From positions 1 through 64,000 of the forward strand of contig JANNXQ010000105.1 of NCBI GenBank assembly GCA_031409655.1: 64,000 nt of DNA, in the 5' to 3' direction. The notes beneath the pieces were generated by a model. That model was not told where the DNA came from and searched no databases. It worked only from the letters and a program-made list of their open reading frames with translations. Shown here one piece after another: positions 27,190-37,175 of the stretch. The DNA is from Chthoniobacteraceae bacterium (lineage in GTDB: Bacteria > Verrucomicrobiota > Verrucomicrobiia > Chthoniobacterales > Chthoniobacteraceae). The stretch's first letter is position 1; every line of letters begins with the position of its first letter. The translations under genes and the position numbers were made by a program.

Positions 27190-28025
27190 GCCTGCGCGGC
27201 GAGCGCGGCCTTGGCCTTCGCGGCGGCTTCCTCCGCACGCCGCGTGATCTCTTCCGGCGACGGCAGCGACATCAGCACTTCCGGCGGGATGTCGCCCATC
27301 TGCGCGAGTTTCACGAGACACTTCTGCCGCTCCGCGAGCGCCTTGTCCGAGTCGCGCTCCTTGCTGAAGCGGCTCTTTGCCTTCTCGCTCCGCAGCCGCA
27401 GCATCTCGTACACATCGCCGCCGAGCAGCGCGCTGATATCGACCTTCATCTTCTCCTTCTGCAAATCGGACTCGCTCACGATGTCGCCATTGATCGGACC
27501 CGCTTTGTATTTCGGAAACATGATCGCGGCTTCCGGACAGACGCGCGAGCAGGCGGGGCAGTTCGTTTTGCAGTTGTCGTTGTTCTGCACCTGGATGCGC
27601 TTCTCGGTGTCCACGCCATAGACGCCGAAGAGGCAGAAGCTCAGGCACTGCATGCAATTCGTGCAGCGGTCGTAATCGATCACCGGGAACCACGGCTTCC
27701 ACTCGCCATGCTTCGCCGCGCCGGTCTCGCTGCGCGTCGTCTCGACCACATCGCCGAGCTGCGCGGGAGCGAGTCCGGTGATGTCGTGAAAGCGCAGCGG
27801 AACATCACTCTCTGCGACCTCGGGCGGCTGTCCACCGAACCGCCCGAGCACCAGCAGCGGCGAGCGATCCGCCGGCGACACCGGACGATCCGTGGCGCCG
27901 CGGGTGACGGCGTAGCCTTTCTCCAAGAGCGCAGACATCGCCGAGTAACGATCGGCAGATTCCAGCGGCTGAGCGCCCGAACCTTCATAAAGGACAACGC
28001 GGAGAGAGGGAGTGGAGAGACTCAT
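27186..28025 (-). CDS. 2x[4Fe-4S] ferredoxin-domain protein
   Basis: CTNCMQCLSFC and CKTNCPACSRVCP. Confidence 0.85.
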   Translation of the reverse strand: MSLSTPSLRVVLYEGSGAQPLESADRYSAMSALLEKGYAVTRGATDRPVSPADRSPLLVLGRFGGQPPEVAESDVPLRFHDITGLAPAQLGDVVETTRSETGAAKHGEWKPWFPVIDYDRCTNCMQCLSFCLFGVYGVDTEKRIQVQNNDNCKTNCPACSRVCPEAAIMFPKYKAGPINGDIVSESDLQKEKMKVDISALLGGDVYEMLRLRSEKAKSRFSKERDSDKALAERQKCLVKLAQMGDIPPEVLMSLPSPEEITRRAEEAAAKAKAALAAQA

Positions 28026-28420
28026 ACGGCGGCAGGTTGAGGTTTGTCGGCAGTGGTTACTTTACCGGCGGGGAGATTCGGATTCAGCTCGGAGGAAAAG
28101 AGCGCAGTGGCGACTTCGTCCGCGGATTGCACGCGCATGTTCAGCACTTCGGCCGCGGTGATCTGGAGCGGCGCGCCTGCTTGATGAAAAAGCCACTTCA
28201 CCGCACGGGGAAAACACGCCGCGATCTTTACCGTCCCCTCCGCCGCGAGCCGCTGCAACGCGGGATCACGCCGGGCGGACATCTCGCAAAGATCCGCCAC
28301 GGCCTCGAACGCCACCCCGGAGTCGCACAGCTTGCGCAGTACCGCGTCCTTCACTTCTTTGGGCACCACCTGCGCGTATTGGCAATGGCAGTACAGGATG
28401 CGGGGCTGCGGGTCAGTCAT
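28022..28420 (-). CDS. Small Cys-motif protein resembling the HdrA N-terminal module
   Basis: YCHC...DLC...AACFPR...LNMR; 4-bp overlap with the ferredoxin gene. Confidence 0.65.
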   Translation of the reverse strand: MTDPQPRILYCHCQYAQVVPKEVKDAVLRKLCDSGVAFEAVADLCEMSARRDPALQRLAAEGTVKIAACFPRAVKWLFHQAGAPLQITAAEVLNMRVQSADEVATALFSSELNPNLPAGKVTTADKPQPAAV

Positions 28421-28541
28421 GGGAGGCGGCACGGTATCCACAACCGGACGGAGCGGAAATCCTTTGTCGGCCTGCGCGAGCAGCCCATTTTTGGAAACCA
28501 ACACTTGCTCCACGCCAGGCCCTCCGATAGCCCAATGAGAG

Positions 28542-29676
28542 ATGCTCCCCCTGCGTCTGAGGATTCGCTTCGTTCCCCTGGCCATCGTCGCGTGCTACAT
28601 CCAGTCCGCGTCTTCTGATTTGACTGCACAAGCGCCCGCGCCTGCCGCTCGCTCCTGAACGGACACCACCACGGGCCGCGCGATTCAGGCGACGTTTGTT
28701 TCGAGCGATGGCACGAAGGTCGTCCTGCGCATCGAAGGTCGCGAGTATGCGACACCGCTGAATCGTTTCTCAAAGGCCGATCAAGACTGGGTGCGAAATC
28801 AGATCTCCCCCGTCCCGTCCGCCCCGGTCGCACCTGCTGCACCAGCAGCCCCCGCCGTTCCTGCTCCATCCGCGCCGGCAGCACCACCCGCTGCGGGTGC
28901 CATGACGCTCGGAGGACAGCCCGTGGAGTCTGGCGGAAAGGTGGAGTTCACCGCGCCAATCCCGGACGCCGTGCTTAAAAAAGGCCGCCAAGCTCACGCG
29001 CGGGTCGGACTACGACAAGGACGTGGTGCTGAGAGACGCCCTCGTCTCCGTGGCCTTTCCGCCCAAGTTCGATCCCGCAAAGTCCTGGCCGATCCTCATC
29101 GTCAGCGTGACCATCTCCGGGAAGGACAAGGGCAAGGAGCCATCGAGCATCAAGGCGATGAACGGCTTTGTGGATGCCGCCCGCGAGCAGGGCTGGATCG
29201 TCCTGGCCGCCGATTTGCCGGGACAGATCGTGCCCGGCATGTCCGCCAATCGCTGCGCGCTCGCTCACGCCGGGCTCGACGCCCTGGCGCGCCAGTGGCC
29301 GGCGTCTAAAGATTGGCCGATCGCGACCGGTGGATTCTCCGGCGGCGCGAAGTACTCCGGCTGGCTCGGCGGCTGGTTTGCCGCCGAAGGGCGGAAAGTG
29401 CTCGGCATGTTTATGGGCGGCTGCAACGAAGACGCGGCCTCCACGGCTCTGAAGGAATACAAGCCGCCGCGGAAAGAATTCCTCGCCGCGAAAGTCTTTC
29501 TCAGCACCGGCAAAGACGACCGCATCGCCGGGCCTTCCTTCGGCCAGACGGTGCAGGCGTCGCTGAAAAAATCCGGCTTCGATCAAGTGAAGCTCGAACT
29601 CTTCGACGGCCCGCATCAACTCCACCGCGAACACATCGCCCCCGCGCTGCAGTGGTTTGCGGAGAGCGCGAAGTAG
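28542..29676 (+). pseudogene. SHD1 domain + Pro/Ala linker + alpha/beta hydrolase, disrupted
   Basis: In-frame TGA at 28656-28658 in RS*TD (expected Trp); +1 frameshift at the A6 run 28977-28982; GFSGG nucleophile motif. Confidence 0.75.
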
Positions 29677-29694
29677 AGGGCGGCAGCGCAGCTC

Positions 29695-31101
29695 CTACGC
29701 GAAGATCTCCTTCACCACGCGGCCATGCACGTCGGTCAGGCGGAAGTCGCGGCCGGCGTAGCGATAAGTGAGCTTTTCGTGATCGAGGCCGAGCAGGCCG
29801 AGGATCGTGGCGTGCAGGTCGTGGACGTGGACGGGATTTTCCACGGCCTTCGCCCCGTAGTCATCGGTCGCGCCGTAGCTCAGGCCGCCGCGCACGCCGC
29901 CGCCGGCCATCCACATGGTGTAGCCTTTCGCATTGTGATCGCGTCCGTCGGCACGCTTGCCATCGGGGGTGCGTCCGAATTCTCCGCCCCAGAGCACCAG
30001 CGTGTCGTCGAGCAGGCCGCGTTGTTTGAGGTCGGTGAGGAGCGCGCCGATTGGCTGATCGGTCGCGCCGCAATTCTTCGTCAGCGCGCTCTTCAAGTTC
30101 TGATGCTGATCCCAGCCGCCGTGGCAGACCTCGATGTGGCGCACGCCGGCTTCGGCGAGGCGACGGGCCATGAGGCACTGGCGGCCAAAATTATCCGACT
30201 GCCCGCGACCGATGCCGTACATCTCGAGCGTGGCTTTGGATTCCGTGGTGAGGTCCATCACGCGCGGCACTTCGGTCTGCATGCGGAAGGCGAGTTCGTA
30301 GCTCTGGATCACGCCTTCGACTTCGGCGTTGCCGTTGCTCGCGGTGAGGAAGTCGCGATTCATCGCCTGCACCAGATCGAGTTGCTTGCGCTGTTCGCCG
30401 CCCTGCATGTCGGGGTTGCGAATATTCTCGATGCTCGCGGTGCCGCCGCCGTCCTTCTGCGCGCCAAGCCGCGTGCCTTGATAGATGGCGGGGAGAAAGG
30501 CGCTGCCGTAATTCTGCGCGCCGAACTGAATCGGCGGCGCGATGGTCACGAAGCCGGGCAGGTTTTCATTCTCCGTGCCGAGCCCGTACAGCGTCCACGC
30601 GCCGAGGCTGGGCCGCACGAATTGCGCGCTGCCGGTGTGCAGTTGCACGAAGGCCTGCGGATGATTCGGGATGTCCGTGTTCATCCCGCGCAGCAGGCAC
30701 AGGCTGTCGGCGTGCTTGGCGACATTCGGGAAAAGCTCCGAGATCCACAGCCCGCTCTGGCCGTGCTGCGCAAAGGTGAAGGGCGAGCCTTGGAGTTTCG
30801 CGCCGCCGCCCTTCGAGGGGCCGGGCTTGCCGTCGTCTTCAGTGAGCTTCGGCTTGTAGTCGAAGGTGTCCTGATGCGCCGGGCCACCTTGCATGCAGAG
30901 GAAGATAACGCGTTTCGCCCGCGGCGGGAAATGCGGAGCGCGCGGTGCGAGCGGGCTCTTGCTCTCGGCGGCGGCGAGTTCAGTCGAGAGGGCCTTGAAA
31001 GCGAGCCAGCCGAAGCCGGCGGAAACCGTGCGGAGTAGATCGCGGCGGGTGAGGGCGCTGGCGGTCACGCCGGAGCATTCGTAGGGAAGGATCGAGTTCA
31101 T
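29695..31101 (-). CDS. DUF1501 domain protein
   Basis: TRRDLL, AKRVIFLCMQGGP, RPSLGAW, WDQH, GEFGRTP, RLTDVHG. Confidence 0.92.
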   Translation of the reverse strand: MNSILPYECSGVTASALTRRDLLRTVSAGFGWLAFKALSTELAAAESKSPLAPRAPHFPPRAKRVIFLCMQGGPAHQDTFDYKPKLTEDDGKPGPSKGGGAKLQGSPFTFAQHGQSGLWISELFPNVAKHADSLCLLRGMNTDIPNHPQAFVQLHTGSAQFVRPSLGAWTLYGLGTENENLPGFVTIAPPIQFGAQNYGSAFLPAIYQGTRLGAQKDGGGTASIENIRNPDMQGGEQRKQLDLVQAMNRDFLTASNGNAEVEGVIQSYELAFRMQTEVPRVMDLTTESKATLEMYGIGRGQSDNFGRQCLMARRLAEAGVRHIEVCHGGWDQHQNLKSALTKNCGATDQPIGALLTDLKQRGLLDDTLVLWGGEFGRTPDGKRADGRDHNAKGYTMWMAGGGVRGGLSYGATDDYGAKAVENPVHVHDLHATILGLLGLDHEKLTYRYAGRDFRLTDVHGRVVKEIFA

Positions 31102-31129
31102 GGTGATGGCAGATGGCAAATGGCAGAGG

Positions 31130-33838
31130 TCAGCGCAGGTAGCGGAATTCGGCGCAGGCGAAGAAGGCCTGGCAGAAGGTGGCCCAGGTTTGTTCGTTGG
31201 CAGCGGAAGGGTTCGCGGCGCGGATCAAACCTTCGCCGTCGGCGTTCAGGTATTTTTCGGCGCGGGTGCGCTCGGCGGCGGTGGCCGGGCGGCCAAGGGC
31301 AAGCAGGTGGGCGTAGTCGATGCGCTTGGCCTCGGCGATCGGCGCGGTGAGCACGCGCTTCGCCATCGCGGTGGCCTGGGTGCGGACGAAGGAATTGTTC
31401 ATCAGGTAGAGTGCTTGCGATGGGACGTTCGTCACGTCGCGTTCGGCGACGACGAGGCTGGGCTCGGCGAAGTCGAAGATATCCAGGACTTCGGGCACGA
31501 AGTCGCGAATGACGGGCAGATAAACGCTGCGCTTGGTGGTCTCGTAGTTGGTGAAGGACTCGGGACGGATGCCGCGACCGATGTAGCCGTCGCCGATCGC
31601 CGCGACCGCCGAAGCCTTCGCGGGCACGAGATCGAGATTGCCGCTCACGGCGAGGATCGAGTCGCGAATGGCCTCCGCGTCGAGCCTTCGCGGAGCGGCG
31701 CGCCAGAGCAGGCGATTGTCGGGATCGGTCTCCATCGCCGTGCGATCCACAGCGCTGCTGAGCTGGTAGGTGCGGCTGAGGACGAGCGAGCGGACGAGCT
31801 TCTTCACGCTCCAGTCTTCGCGCATGAATTGCAGCGCGAGCGCGTCGAGCAATTCGGGATGGCTCGGCTTCTCGCCCGTTGCGCCGAAATTATCCGGCGT
31901 CCGCACGAGGCCGTCGCCGAAGAGTTGCATCCAGAGGCGATTTACGGCGACGCGCGCGGTCAGCGGATTCGAGGGCGACGTGAGCCACTGCGCGAGTTCG
32001 AGCCGTCCGCTGGCGTTGGCGGGAATGCCTGGGGCCGCACCGTGAACCATCACTTGCACAAAGCCGCGCGCCACCGTCTCCGCGGGCTGCTCGAGCTCGC
32101 CGCGCACCAGCACGCGGGCATCGCTGGGCTGGCCGTCGCGCACGCCCATGGCCTGCGGGACGCCCGGTGCAGGCGCTTCGGTTTTCGCCTGCTCACCGCG
32201 CTTCTTTCCCTTCTTATCCGGCGCGCCGCCGGTGCCGAAACGCTCGGCGAGCTTCGCATAAGCCTCCGCCCTTTTACCCTCGGGAAGATTCTTGAGTTGC
32301 GCCGCTTTCTTCGGATCGCGCTCGGCGAGTCGCTTGAGCAATTGCTCGTAGTCTGGACGCGCGGCAGGCGCAGCCGGAGAGGCCACGGGCTCCTGACCTT
32401 TCCCGGCATACCGCGCGGCAAGGGCCTGCTTTTGCGAGTCCGACAAGTTCTTGAGCCGCTCGGCCACCTTCGGATCGCGGGCGGCCATGCGCTTCAGCAT
32501 GTCGTTCGCATTCGCGGACTGCTCCGCCGCCGCGGGAGGCTGCGGGGTGGCCGCTGCCGGCTGATCCTTCGTCACGAGTGGGAGCAGCGACGTGCCATTC
32601 TTGTTCTTGTTCGCGGCCTTGCCGAAAGTCGTGCCACCCGTGCCGAAGAGCGTGTCGGTGCTGCGGAAGATGCCGGCGACGGCGTAGTAATCCTTCTGCG
32701 GGATGGGATCGAACTTGTGATCGTGGCAACGCGCACACGCCACCGTGACGCCGAGCACCGCGCGGGTCGTGGTGTCGATCTGCTCGTCGATCACATCCAT
32801 GCGGAATTGCTCGCGATTCTTTTCATTGAGCCCCTTCGGCCCGACCGCGAGGAAACCGGTGGCGACGATGTGCTCGTTGCGTTCCGTGTCGTCCTTGTGC
32901 GGCAGAAGATCGCCCGCCACCTGCTCGCGGATGAATTGGTCGTAAGGCTTGTCCGCATTCACCGCCGCGATCACGTAATCGCGATACCGCCACGCTTCCG
33001 GCATGGTGAAGTTCCGCTCCCGCCCGGTGCTCTCCGCGTAGCGCGCGACATCCAGCCAGTGCCGGCCCCAACGCTCGCCGAATTGCGGCGAGGCGAGCAG
33101 CCGATCCACGACTTTCGCCAGCGCGCCGGGCGAGCGATCCGCGAGGAAACTCTCGATCTGCTCCGGCGTCGGCGGCAGCCCAATGAGATCGAAATACACG
33201 CGCCGAATGAGCGCCCGCGGATCGGCATCGGCCACTGGCTTGAGTCCCTTCGCCTCCTGCGCCGCGCGGATGTGCTTATCCACCTCGGTGCGCGGCCACG
33301 CGGTGTCTTTCACCTTCGGAGTCGGCGCAGCTTTCGGTGCCTGGAAGGCCCAAAATTCCTTCCCCTTCTCAATGTCCCATTCCTTCTTCGTCACCTTCGC
33401 CGCCTTGCCGTCGCGCGGATCGGGCGCGCCCATCTGCACCCACTTTTCAAAGTTCGCGATGACTTCGTCCGAGAGCTTCCCGCCATCCTTCTCTGGCGGC
33501 ATCCGCAAGTCCTTGTCCTCCCACTTCAGCGCCGCGATGAGCAGGCTCTCCTTGAGATCGCCCGGCACCACCGCGTGCCCCGATTCGCCGCCCTCGCGGA
33601 TGCCCTCGCGCGTGTCGAGCAACAGCCCGCCCTTCACCTTCTCCGAATCCGCCGAGTGACACTTGTAGCACTTCTCCGCGAGCACCGGCCTGATGTGCTT
33701 TTCGAAAAATTCCGCCTGTGCGGCAGTCAGCGCCGTCGCGGGTTTCACGGAGGTGTCCGCGCTGATCGCCGCCAAGGCGAGCGGCACTCCTGGCAGGGCG
33801 AGGGCCAATCCGAAACTGAGAGCAAGAGAGGGGCGCAT
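31130..33838 (-). CDS. Planctomycete cytochrome c + DUF1549 + DUF1553 protein
   Basis: CYKCH, GERWGRHWLDVARY, CARCHDHKFDP, PSHPELLD, QALYLMN. Confidence 0.92.
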   Translation of the reverse strand: MRPSLALSFGLALALPGVPLALAAISADTSVKPATALTAAQAEFFEKHIRPVLAEKCYKCHSADSEKVKGGLLLDTREGIREGGESGHAVVPGDLKESLLIAALKWEDKDLRMPPEKDGGKLSDEVIANFEKWVQMGAPDPRDGKAAKVTKKEWDIEKGKEFWAFQAPKAAPTPKVKDTAWPRTEVDKHIRAAQEAKGLKPVADADPRALIRRVYFDLIGLPPTPEQIESFLADRSPGALAKVVDRLLASPQFGERWGRHWLDVARYAESTGRERNFTMPEAWRYRDYVIAAVNADKPYDQFIREQVAGDLLPHKDDTERNEHIVATGFLAVGPKGLNEKNREQFRMDVIDEQIDTTTRAVLGVTVACARCHDHKFDPIPQKDYYAVAGIFRSTDTLFGTGGTTFGKAANKNKNGTSLLPLVTKDQPAAATPQPPAAAEQSANANDMLKRMAARDPKVAERLKNLSDSQKQALAARYAGKGQEPVASPAAPAARPDYEQLLKRLAERDPKKAAQLKNLPEGKRAEAYAKLAERFGTGGAPDKKGKKRGEQAKTEAPAPGVPQAMGVRDGQPSDARVLVRGELEQPAETVARGFVQVMVHGAAPGIPANASGRLELAQWLTSPSNPLTARVAVNRLWMQLFGDGLVRTPDNFGATGEKPSHPELLDALALQFMREDWSVKKLVRSLVLSRTYQLSSAVDRTAMETDPDNRLLWRAAPRRLDAEAIRDSILAVSGNLDLVPAKASAVAAIGDGYIGRGIRPESFTNYETTKRSVYLPVIRDFVPEVLDIFDFAEPSLVVAERDVTNVPSQALYLMNNSFVRTQATAMAKRVLTAPIAEAKRIDYAHLLALGRPATAAERTRAEKYLNADGEGLIRAANPSAANEQTWATFCQAFFACAEFRYLR

Positions 33839-33863
33839 GGGGTGAAATAGAATTAGTTGTTAA

Positions 33864-33949
33864 ACAGCGGGGGCGGCGGCGATTGGGACAACCCGCTTCG
33901 CGCGGAATAGTTTCGGTGGACTTGTCCTAAATCCGCGGGGCGTCGCTAT
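33864..33949. promoter_or_regulatory. Two divergent copies of TTGTCC-N16-CGCTRT, candidate ECF promoters
   Basis: Minus copy 33891-33864, plus copy 33922-33949; identical 16-bp spacing. Confidence 0.5.
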
Positions 33950-34042
33950 AAGAATAATGAAGAAATTCCCGGCCGCTGCGCGGATGATTGCCTGTGCAAA
34001 GCTGGATCCCAAACCACCGCAATCGACAACAAAACCCAAGCA

Positions 34043-34345
34043 ATGATCCGTAAATCCACCCTCCTCCTCACGCTCGCAGCCTGCGCGCTCGCGCTTCCCA
34101 CCGTTTCCTTTGCCGCCAAGGGCGATAAGAAAAAGGGCGACAAGGGCGCCATGATGGCCGCCAAGGGCTATGACGCGAACGCCAATGGCAAAATCGACGG
34201 CGACGAACGCGCTGCGGTGCAAAAGGCCTTTGATGCCGACAAAGGCGGTGCCCTGAAGGCCTTTGACACCAATACCGACGGCAAGCTCGACGATGCCGAA
34301 CTCGACGCCATCAAGGCCGGCGGCAAGAAGAAGAAAAATAAGTAA
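34043..34345 (+). CDS. Small secreted EF-hand protein
   Basis: Signal peptide; DANANGKIDGDE and DTNTDGKLDDAE. Confidence 0.85.
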   Translation: MIRKSTLLLTLAACALALPTVSFAAKGDKKKGDKGAMMAAKGYDANANGKIDGDERAAVQKAFDADKGGALKAFDTNTDGKLDDAELDAIKAGGKKKKNK

Positions 34346-34443
34346 CCAGACGGTGCTGCTGGGTACTGGCCGGGCCGAAAGTGCGAGCCGCCAGTATCCA
34401 GCATCGCGTTGGTTGGAAAGGAGCGTATCCTTTCACCCGTCCC

Positions 34444-34995
34444 ATGAGTCCCGAGCCAGATCCCGCACTCGACCGCCAGAAACAACTGATGCTGCTCATG
34501 ACGCAGCATCAGCGGCGCGTCTTCTCGTATATCTACACGCTCGTGCCGGATCGGCATGATGCGGAAGATATCCTCCAGGAGACGTGCCTCGTCGTCTGCG
34601 AAAAGTTCGACAGCTTTCGGCTCGGGACGGACTTTGCGGCGTGGGCTTGCCAGATCGCTTACTGGCAGGTGCGCGCAGCGCGAACGAAGTATGCGCGCTC
34701 GAAGGTGATCTTTAATCAAGAGGTGCTCGATGCGGTAGCGCATACCGCGGCGTCGCTGGGGAATGAAGTGAGCGCGCGCCACGAAGCCCTGGCGCGCTGT
34801 CTGCAAAAGCTGGCGCCCCGAGATCGGGAGTTGGTGCTCACGCGCTACGAACAGGGGCGTGGGGTCGAGGAGGCGGCGCGTTGCTCGGGAAGGTCGCTGG
34901 AGGCGGCTTACAAGGCGCTCTCGCGGATTCGCAAGCTGCTCTTTGATTGCGTAACGCATCAGCTTGAACCAGATGCCGCTGCCGGACGGAACTGA
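34444..34995 (+). CDS. ECF sigma-70 factor (Rhodopirellula/Verrucomicrobium type)
   Basis: DAEDILQE, GTDFAAWACQIA, YKALSRIRKLLFDCV. Confidence 0.92.
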   Translation: MSPEPDPALDRQKQLMLLMTQHQRRVFSYIYTLVPDRHDAEDILQETCLVVCEKFDSFRLGTDFAAWACQIAYWQVRAARTKYARSKVIFNQEVLDAVAHTAASLGNEVSARHEALARCLQKLAPRDRELVLTRYEQGRGVEEAARCSGRSLEAAYKALSRIRKLLFDCVTHQLEPDAAAGRN

Positions 34996-35014
34996 GCGGG
35001 CAAACTGTAAGATA

Positions 35015-36631
35015 ATGATGAATCTGACGGATAACGAAGTGCTGGAACTCAGTGCGCTCTGTCACGCGCTGGTGGATGGAAACATCAATGACCCAGATCG
35101 CGTGCGGCTCGAAAGATGGCTGGCAGAATCCGAGGAGGCGCGAGCTTACTACGTGCGCATGATGGGCCTCTCGGCCAGCCTGTGCAGCTACGCCAGCGAG
35201 GTGCAGTCCGAGGCCCCGGCGCCGGTCTTGAAGAGTAAGATCGTGCGTCCGGCGGCGTGGCGCTGGGCCATCGGCACGCTCGCTGCGGCGGCCGCCGTGG
35301 TGCTTGCCTTCCGCCTGGGAGGGGTGAGTGAGCGGCTCTTCTCGCCGCCCGTGGTCCTCGCGGAAGGGGAGAGTGAAGACACCGTGGCGCGACTTTCCGG
35401 GGCCAAGGATTGTGAGTGGATCGGCGAGGCGCCGAAGATGGGCGATGAACTGCGGCGCGCGCAGCGGGTGCAACTCGCCGCGGGTTTGGCCGAGATTACT
35501 TTTGATAGCGGAGCGCGGATCACGGTTGAGGGGCCGGCCTCGCTCGATCTGACTTCGGCATGGGAGGCCGCGCTCCATCACGGCTCGCTGCGGGCGAGTG
35601 TGCCCGCGGAGGCGATCGGCTTCCGCATCTCGAATCCCGAAGTCGATGTGGTCGATCTTGGGACGGAATTTACCATGGTGGCCGATGCCGCCGGCGGCAC
35701 AGAGGTCTATGTGGTGGAAGGGGCCGTGGAAGTCGCGGCGCGGACGGGCGGCGAGCAGGCGCGGGATCCGGTGGTGCTGCGGGAAAAGCAGGCGCGGCGC
35801 TTTGCCAAGCACGGCGGTTCCGAGGCCAGTGATCGTCCGCAGAAGATCGATGGGCGGGTGCGGAAAGTGGCGCTCGACCGACTCACGCGTCCGGCCACCT
35901 ATCTGCACTGGAGCTTCGATGAAACGAGCGGTGCGGTCGCCCAGGGGCGCTCCGCCAGCGCAGGCCTGGAGACATTTGATGCCCATCTCGTCGGTGGCGA
36001 AGGTGGTTCGCTCGACGCAGTGTGGACGGACGGGCGGTGGCAGGGAGCGCTGTCCTTCGATGGGAAGGTGCAGGCCAGGGCGGTGCTGCCGATCGGGAGT
36101 CCAAAGGGTGGACGGACGATCGCCTTTTGGGTGCGCACTTCGGAGGAGGGGAAATTTCCCGAAGTCGGCTCGCTGCTCTCATGGCCGCTCGGGGGCAAGG
36201 AACCCCGCGTCGCGGAACTCGCGTGGAATCGGAATCCGAATCACGGCCCACTCGGGGCGTTGCGGACGCGGGTCGGACGCGGGAACTTCGTCGGTTCGAC
36301 ACCGGTGCGCGACGGGCGCTGGCATCACGTTGCCGTCGTCTTTGTGCCGAAGGCGAAGCCCGACGGGACGCAACAGATCAAGCACTACATCGACGGTCGG
36401 CTCGACGTCCTCGCTTCGAAGCACCATGGCAAGCGCCATAGTGTGGAGGATGACGCCGCCATCGCCGCCCCCGGCGATGCGCTCTGGATTGGTGCCGGTG
36501 CGCCCGCGGATCGCTTCCGTGGCCAGTTCGATGAGCTTTTCATCGCCGACCGCCCACTCACGCCCTATGAGATCCGCCACCTGATCGCCCACAATACGCC
36601 GGCGATGACGGAGATGCTCGCGGCCGAATAG
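35015..36631 (+). CDS. FecR-domain anti-sigma factor with C-terminal LamG-like domain
   Basis: Single TM, VVDLGTEF, VVEGAVEV, HWSFDE, DGRWHHVA. Confidence 0.88.
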   Translation: MMNLTDNEVLELSALCHALVDGNINDPDRVRLERWLAESEEARAYYVRMMGLSASLCSYASEVQSEAPAPVLKSKIVRPAAWRWAIGTLAAAAAVVLAFRLGGVSERLFSPPVVLAEGESEDTVARLSGAKDCEWIGEAPKMGDELRRAQRVQLAAGLAEITFDSGARITVEGPASLDLTSAWEAALHHGSLRASVPAEAIGFRISNPEVDVVDLGTEFTMVADAAGGTEVYVVEGAVEVAARTGGEQARDPVVLREKQARRFAKHGGSEASDRPQKIDGRVRKVALDRLTRPATYLHWSFDETSGAVAQGRSASAGLETFDAHLVGGEGGSLDAVWTDGRWQGALSFDGKVQARAVLPIGSPKGGRTIAFWVRTSEEGKFPEVGSLLSWPLGGKEPRVAELAWNRNPNHGPLGALRTRVGRGNFVGSTPVRDGRWHHVAVVFVPKAKPDGTQQIKHYIDGRLDVLASKHHGKRHSVEDDAAIAAPGDALWIGAGAPADRFRGQFDELFIADRPLTPYEIRHLIAHNTPAMTEMLAAE

Positions 36632-36656
36632 CGGCCGGTCTGCGGCGTGGGGAAAA

Positions 36657-36732
36657 TGGGGTGACCGACGGGACTCGAACCCGCAACAGCCAGGACCACA
36701 ACCTGGAGCTCTACCATTGAGCTACGGCCACC
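36657..36732 (-). tRNA. tRNA-His (GTG)
   Basis: G-1, acceptor stem GTGGCCG/CGGTCAC, anticodon arm CCAGG-TTGTGGT-CCTGG, GGTTCGA T-loop, C73 and encoded CCA. Confidence 0.97.
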
Positions 36733-36867
36733 ATTTTCGATGGGCGAAGATAACAAATTGCCCCGAGGTGCCAACGGATATTTTTGCCCCGCGCGGTGCC
36801 GCTGCGAAAACGTGAGCGGCGCGACCTTGACCATGCCGCACGGACAGGCATCTAATGTCCGCTACGG

Positions 36868-37152
36868 ATGAGCACCAAAAAACTCCCCTCGAAAGAAGAT
36901 AAATCCGGCGGCTGCTGCGATTGGAAAACGCGCGTCGATGAACTGAAGACGCGCGCCACCAAGATGACCCGCGAAGAGCCCGCCAAAGCGATCGGCGTGG
37001 CCTTCGCGGCAGGACTGCTTTTCACCATCCTGCCCGTCGGGCGCGTGATTAGCGTCCTCGTGCGGTTGGCCCTGGCCCTCATCCCGCCGGGACTGTTCGT
37101 GCTCGGCGGAATCAAGCTTTGGGAAGAGTTCGAAAAACGGGCTGACAAGTAG
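36868..37152 (+). CDS. Small membrane protein (ElaB/DUF883-like)
   Basis: REEPAKAIGVAFAAGLL followed by a hydrophobic segment. Confidence 0.6.
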   Translation: MSTKKLPSKEDKSGGCCDWKTRVDELKTRATKMTREEPAKAIGVAFAAGLLFTILPVGRVISVLVRLALALIPPGLFVLGGIKLWEEFEKRADK

Positions 37153-37175
37153 GCCATCCGAGGTCTCATTCCTTC

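Noticed and set aside
28656..28658. TGA reassigned to Trp or selenocysteine
   Set aside because: TGA terminates many intact genes here, the position is a Trp not a Cys site, and the gene has a second lesion.
26390..33284. Isolated 1-mismatch DnaA-box-like 9-mers (26390-26398, 28435-28443, 33276-33284)
   Set aside because: Unclustered and compatible with chance; cannot be supported.
29725..33850. Plus-strand ORFs of 437 and 916 aa
   Set aside because: Shadows of the DUF1501 and DUF1549/1553 genes.
36657..36732. tRNA-His as an island integration site
   Set aside because: No integrase, and I saw no duplicated tRNA 3' end in the window.
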